Assembly: GCA_945888525.1 (NCBI GenBank) | Contig: CAMDAF010000001.1 | Location: forward strand, 160,059-224,058 | Direction: 5' to 3' | Origin: Chitinophaga pinensis | Lineage (GTDB): Bacteria > Bacteroidota > Bacteroidia > NS11-12g > UBA955 | DNA length: 64,000 nt | Shown here: positions 61,426 through 64,000 of the stretch, in pieces | Position numbering within the stretch: the stretch's first letter is position 1 | Layout of the letters: each line of letters begins with the position of its first letter | Program-made: the position numbers and the translations under genes | Notes under the pieces: model-generated | Databases searched by the model: none | The model's input: only the letters and a program-made list of their open reading frames with translations | Told to the model about the DNA's origin: nothing

Positions 61426-62082
61426 TTAAGCAATTTCTATTTGCTTAAGATTTGGACTAATTACCAATCTGCCCTCAGTTTTTGACTTTACGTCTTCTAC
61501 CGTAACACCTGGCGCTATTTCCATTAACACAAATCCTTCTTCCGTAATTTCAAAAAAGCCCAATTCACTCACTACTTTTTTAACACAGGCAATACCTGTT
61601 ATTGGCAAACTGCATTCTTTTAATAGCTTTGACTCACCAGCTTTGTTTACATGTTGCATGGCTACAATGATATTCTTTGCACTTGCTACTAGATCCATTG
61701 CACCGCCCATGCCTTTAACCATTTTACCTGGTATTTTCCAATTGGCAATGTCCCCTCTGTCGTTCACTTCCATAGCGCCGAGCACAGTTAGGTCAACTTT
61801 ACCGGCCCTTATCATTCCAAAGCTCATAGCTGAGTCAAAAAATGCTGATCCAGGAATGGTGGTAATGGTCTGCTTGCCTGCGTTAATTAAATCTGGATCT
61901 TCTTCGCCTTCAAAAGGGAATGGGCCCATTCCTAGCAAACCGTTCTCAGATTGTAAAATTACTTCAACGCCTTCAGGGATATAATTTGCCACCAAGGTTG
62001 GTATGCCTATGCCTAAGTTTACATAGTAGCCATCTTTTAGCTCTAGGGCAATGCGTTTAGCAATTTGTTCTTTTGTTAACAT
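61426..62082 (-). CDS. scoB: 3-oxoacid CoA-transferase subunit B
   Basis: 218 aa; typical subunit B sequence (GIGIPTLVANY..., SENG active-site Glu region, GGAMDLV). Confidence 0.85.
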   Translation of the reverse strand: MLTKEQIAKRIALELKDGYYVNLGIGIPTLVANYIPEGVEVILQSENGLLGMGPFPFEGEEDPDLINAGKQTITTIPGSAFFDSAMSFGMIRAGKVDLTVLGAMEVNDRGDIANWKIPGKMVKGMGGAMDLVASAKNIIVAMQHVNKAGESKLLKECSLPITGIACVKKVVSELGFFEITEEGFVLMEIAPGVTVEDVKSKTEGRLVISPNLKQIEIA

Positions 62083-62204
62083 GGTTCTTGCTGCAAATCA
62101 AATGCTTTTTTGAAAATTTACCTTAAAAAACATTGAGTTATTTTTTTGTGAACTCAAATGGATTGTTCTTGCAAATGCTCTGTTTTAGGTTTATGAATTT
62201 ACAA

Positions 62205-64000
62205 TCAATTCTTTAGTATCACTTGGTATTCAATGTCAGATCGTCTTAGTTCATCCAATAGCTCCGGACAAATATCTATTTTCCTATCGCTGCTATACAA
62301 CTCGAATTTATGGTTCTTGCTTCTATTGCTTACATTGAAATTAATGGGCATTTCTCCTTCGAATTTTTTAAATATTTTTTCCAAATCATCCAGCAATGTT
62401 GCACTCAAATGCTCTAATTGCATATTAATGCCAAGACCTTTAATATAGCGGTCTTTTACATCCTCCATTTTCTCGCCAGAAGCAATATTTAATTCAAATG
62501 GTTTTCCACCTTCTTTTGCCCATCTAGGTTTCTCAATTTTACATCTTAAGACAATAAATTGATTCGGGTATAAAATTAATCGAAGTGCATCAAAAGCAGG
62601 GCCAAATGCAAAGAAGGTAAATGAACCTGAATAATCTTGCAAAGTGAATTTAGAATAGTTTTTTCCCGTTTTGGTGATCAAATTGTCAACCCTCGTAACA
62701 ATGCCGGCTACAACTGGGTTTGGTTTGGTCTTTACCAATTCAATAATGTCTTCTAAATCGGTAAGTTTAGTGGTCGTCAAAGCATCAAATTCAACTTTAA
62801 ACGTATCCATAGGATGTCGATTGATAAAAATACCAACCATTTCTTTTTCCATTTGACATTCTTCAAGTATTGAATAGGTTTCAGCTTTAGGCAATGAGGG
62901 CTCTGCAAAGGTTTCTTTGCTGCTTTCTCCAAACAATGAGCCTTGGTTGCTTAAATTGTTTTCTTGGGTTCTAGCGCCATATCTCAATGCAATTTCGATT
63001 CCAGTTCCATTCTCAGTTTCTGCAAGGTATTGGGCTTTGTGGTAGTTTGGGTCAAAATCAAATCCACCACCTTTCACCAAAGCTTCTAAGGTTCTTCTAT
63101 TGACATTCCTAAGATTACAACGCGCGCACAAATCAAAAATATTTTTAAATGGACCGTTTAATTCTCGTTCTTCGATTAAGTTAATGGCTGGGGCATCACC
63201 AACACCCTTTACAGCGCACAATCCAAACCGTATCTGTCCTTTGCTGTTTACCGAAAACAATCGATCACTCTCATTAACACTAGGACCCAATACAGGTGTG
63301 CCCATTCGGGTGCATTCTTGCATCATTAAACTGATTTTTTCGATGTTGCTGCTGTTGTTACTCAAAACAGCTGCCATATACTCAGCAGGGTAGTGGGCTT
63401 TTAAATAACCTGTCTGATAGGCCACAAATGCGTAACAAGTGGAGTGCGATTTGTTGAATGCATAGGAGGCAAATGCTTCCCAGTCTTTCCAAACTTTTTC
63501 ACATTTGATAGGATCCAACCCTTTATTCGCAATGCCCGACATAAATTCGTCCTTTAATTTCATCAAATCTGCCAAGTTCTTTTTCCCCATGGCCTTTCTC
63601 AAAGAGTCTGCTTTGCCTTTACTGAAACCTGCAAGTGATTGGCTTAACAGCATTACCTGCTCTTGGTAGACGGTTATGCCATAAGTGTCGGACAAGTATA
63701 CTTCCAGTTCGGCAATATCATACGTCACAGGTTCCAATCCATGTTTGCGCTTGACATATGTTGGGATGTATTCCATCGGACCTGGACGATAGAGTGCATT
63801 CATCGCAATTAAATCTTCAAACTTATCTGGCTTTAACTCCCTCAAATATTTTTGCATACCTGGACTTTCAAATTGGAAAGTCCCTGTTGTCTCTGCTCTT
63901 TGATACAATTCAAACGTTTTTAGATCATCTAAAGGAATGTTGTCTATGTCGATATCTACATTGTGGTTTTTCTTTATCAATTCCATTGCGGTCTTAATAA
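62205..64000 (-). CDS. dnaE: DNA polymerase III alpha subunit, C-terminal ~600 aa; the N-terminus lies beyond the window
   Basis: PolIIIalpha fingers motifs (FQFESPGMQ, RPGPME, GYLKAHYP), HhH and OB-fold regions; the reading frame is open to the window edge. Confidence 0.9.
   Translation of the reverse strand, partial: IKTAMELIKKNHNVDIDIDNIPLDDLKTFELYQRAETTGTFQFESPGMQKYLRELKPDKFEDLIAMNALYRPGPMEYIPTYVKRKHGLEPVTYDIAELEVYLSDTYGITVYQEQVMLLSQSLAGFSKGKADSLRKAMGKKNLADLMKLKDEFMSGIANKGLDPIKCEKVWKDWEAFASYAFNKSHSTCYAFVAYQTGYLKAHYPAEYMAAVLSNNSSNIEKISLMMQECTRMGTPVLGPSVNESDRLFSVNSKGQIRFGLCAVKGVGDAPAINLIEERELNGPFKNIFDLCARCNLRNVNRRTLEALVKGGGFDFDPNYHKAQYLAETENGTGIEIALRYGARTQENNLSNQGSLFGESSKETFAEPSLPKAETYSILEECQMEKEMVGIFINRHPMDTFKVEFDALTTTKLTDLEDIIELVKTKPNPVVAGIVTRVDNLITKTGKNYSKFTLQDYSGSFTFFAFGPAFDALRLILYPNQFIVLRCKIEKPRWAKEGGKPFELNIASGEKMEDVKDRYIKGLGINMQLEHLSATLLDDLEKIFKKFEGEMPINFNVSNRSKNHKFELYSSDRKIDICPELLDELRRSDIEYQVILKN

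Overview
This 64 kb window is AT-rich (roughly 35% GC) and looks like a Bacteroidota chromosome (Flavobacteriia/Sphingobacteriia-like), judged from promoter motifs of the TAnnTTTG type, absence of Shine-Dalgarno sequences and the gene order. Two kinds of region alternate.

Housekeeping core:
- recN 3' part, pyrG and kdsB at the left end.
- rpsT, an alpha-oxoamine synthase-family enzyme and an acyl-CoA dehydrogenase.
- rpsU, a conserved xerC-like recombinase and hpf.
- The classic block tRNA-Thr/Tyr/Gly/Thr, tuf, tRNA-Trp, secE, nusG, rplK, rplA, rplJ, rplL, rpoB, rpoC.
- efp, an agmatinase-family enzyme, a cysteine desulfurase, cmk, ddl, then rnc-fabF-acpP on the minus strand, a metB/metC-family enzyme, scoB and the dnaE 3' part at the right end.

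Accessory regions:
- 1.6-3.7 kb: a compact minus-strand sulfur-transfer operon of three rhodanese domains, a thioredoxin domain and two small Cys-motif membrane proteins.
- 9.3-21.1 kb: a cell-envelope island in three parts. (a) A cobalamin riboswitch controlling a btuB-like TonB-dependent receptor, a BtuG-like beta-propeller lipoprotein and a BtuF-like binding protein, with no btuCD. (b) An MBOAT O-acyltransferase translationally coupled to an AlgJ/DltD-like partner. (c) A four-gene coupled operon: TonB-dependent receptor, TlpA-like thiol-disulfide oxidoreductase, an exported fusion of a single-heme cytochrome c domain to a PHM/DBH-like copper monooxygenase domain, and a lysozyme-like (SLT-type) protein.

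The cytochrome c::copper-monooxygenase fusion and its operon are the most likely candidate for an undescribed system. I found no CRISPR array, IS element or prophage. All protein family calls come from reading motifs by eye and need HMM or BLAST confirmation.
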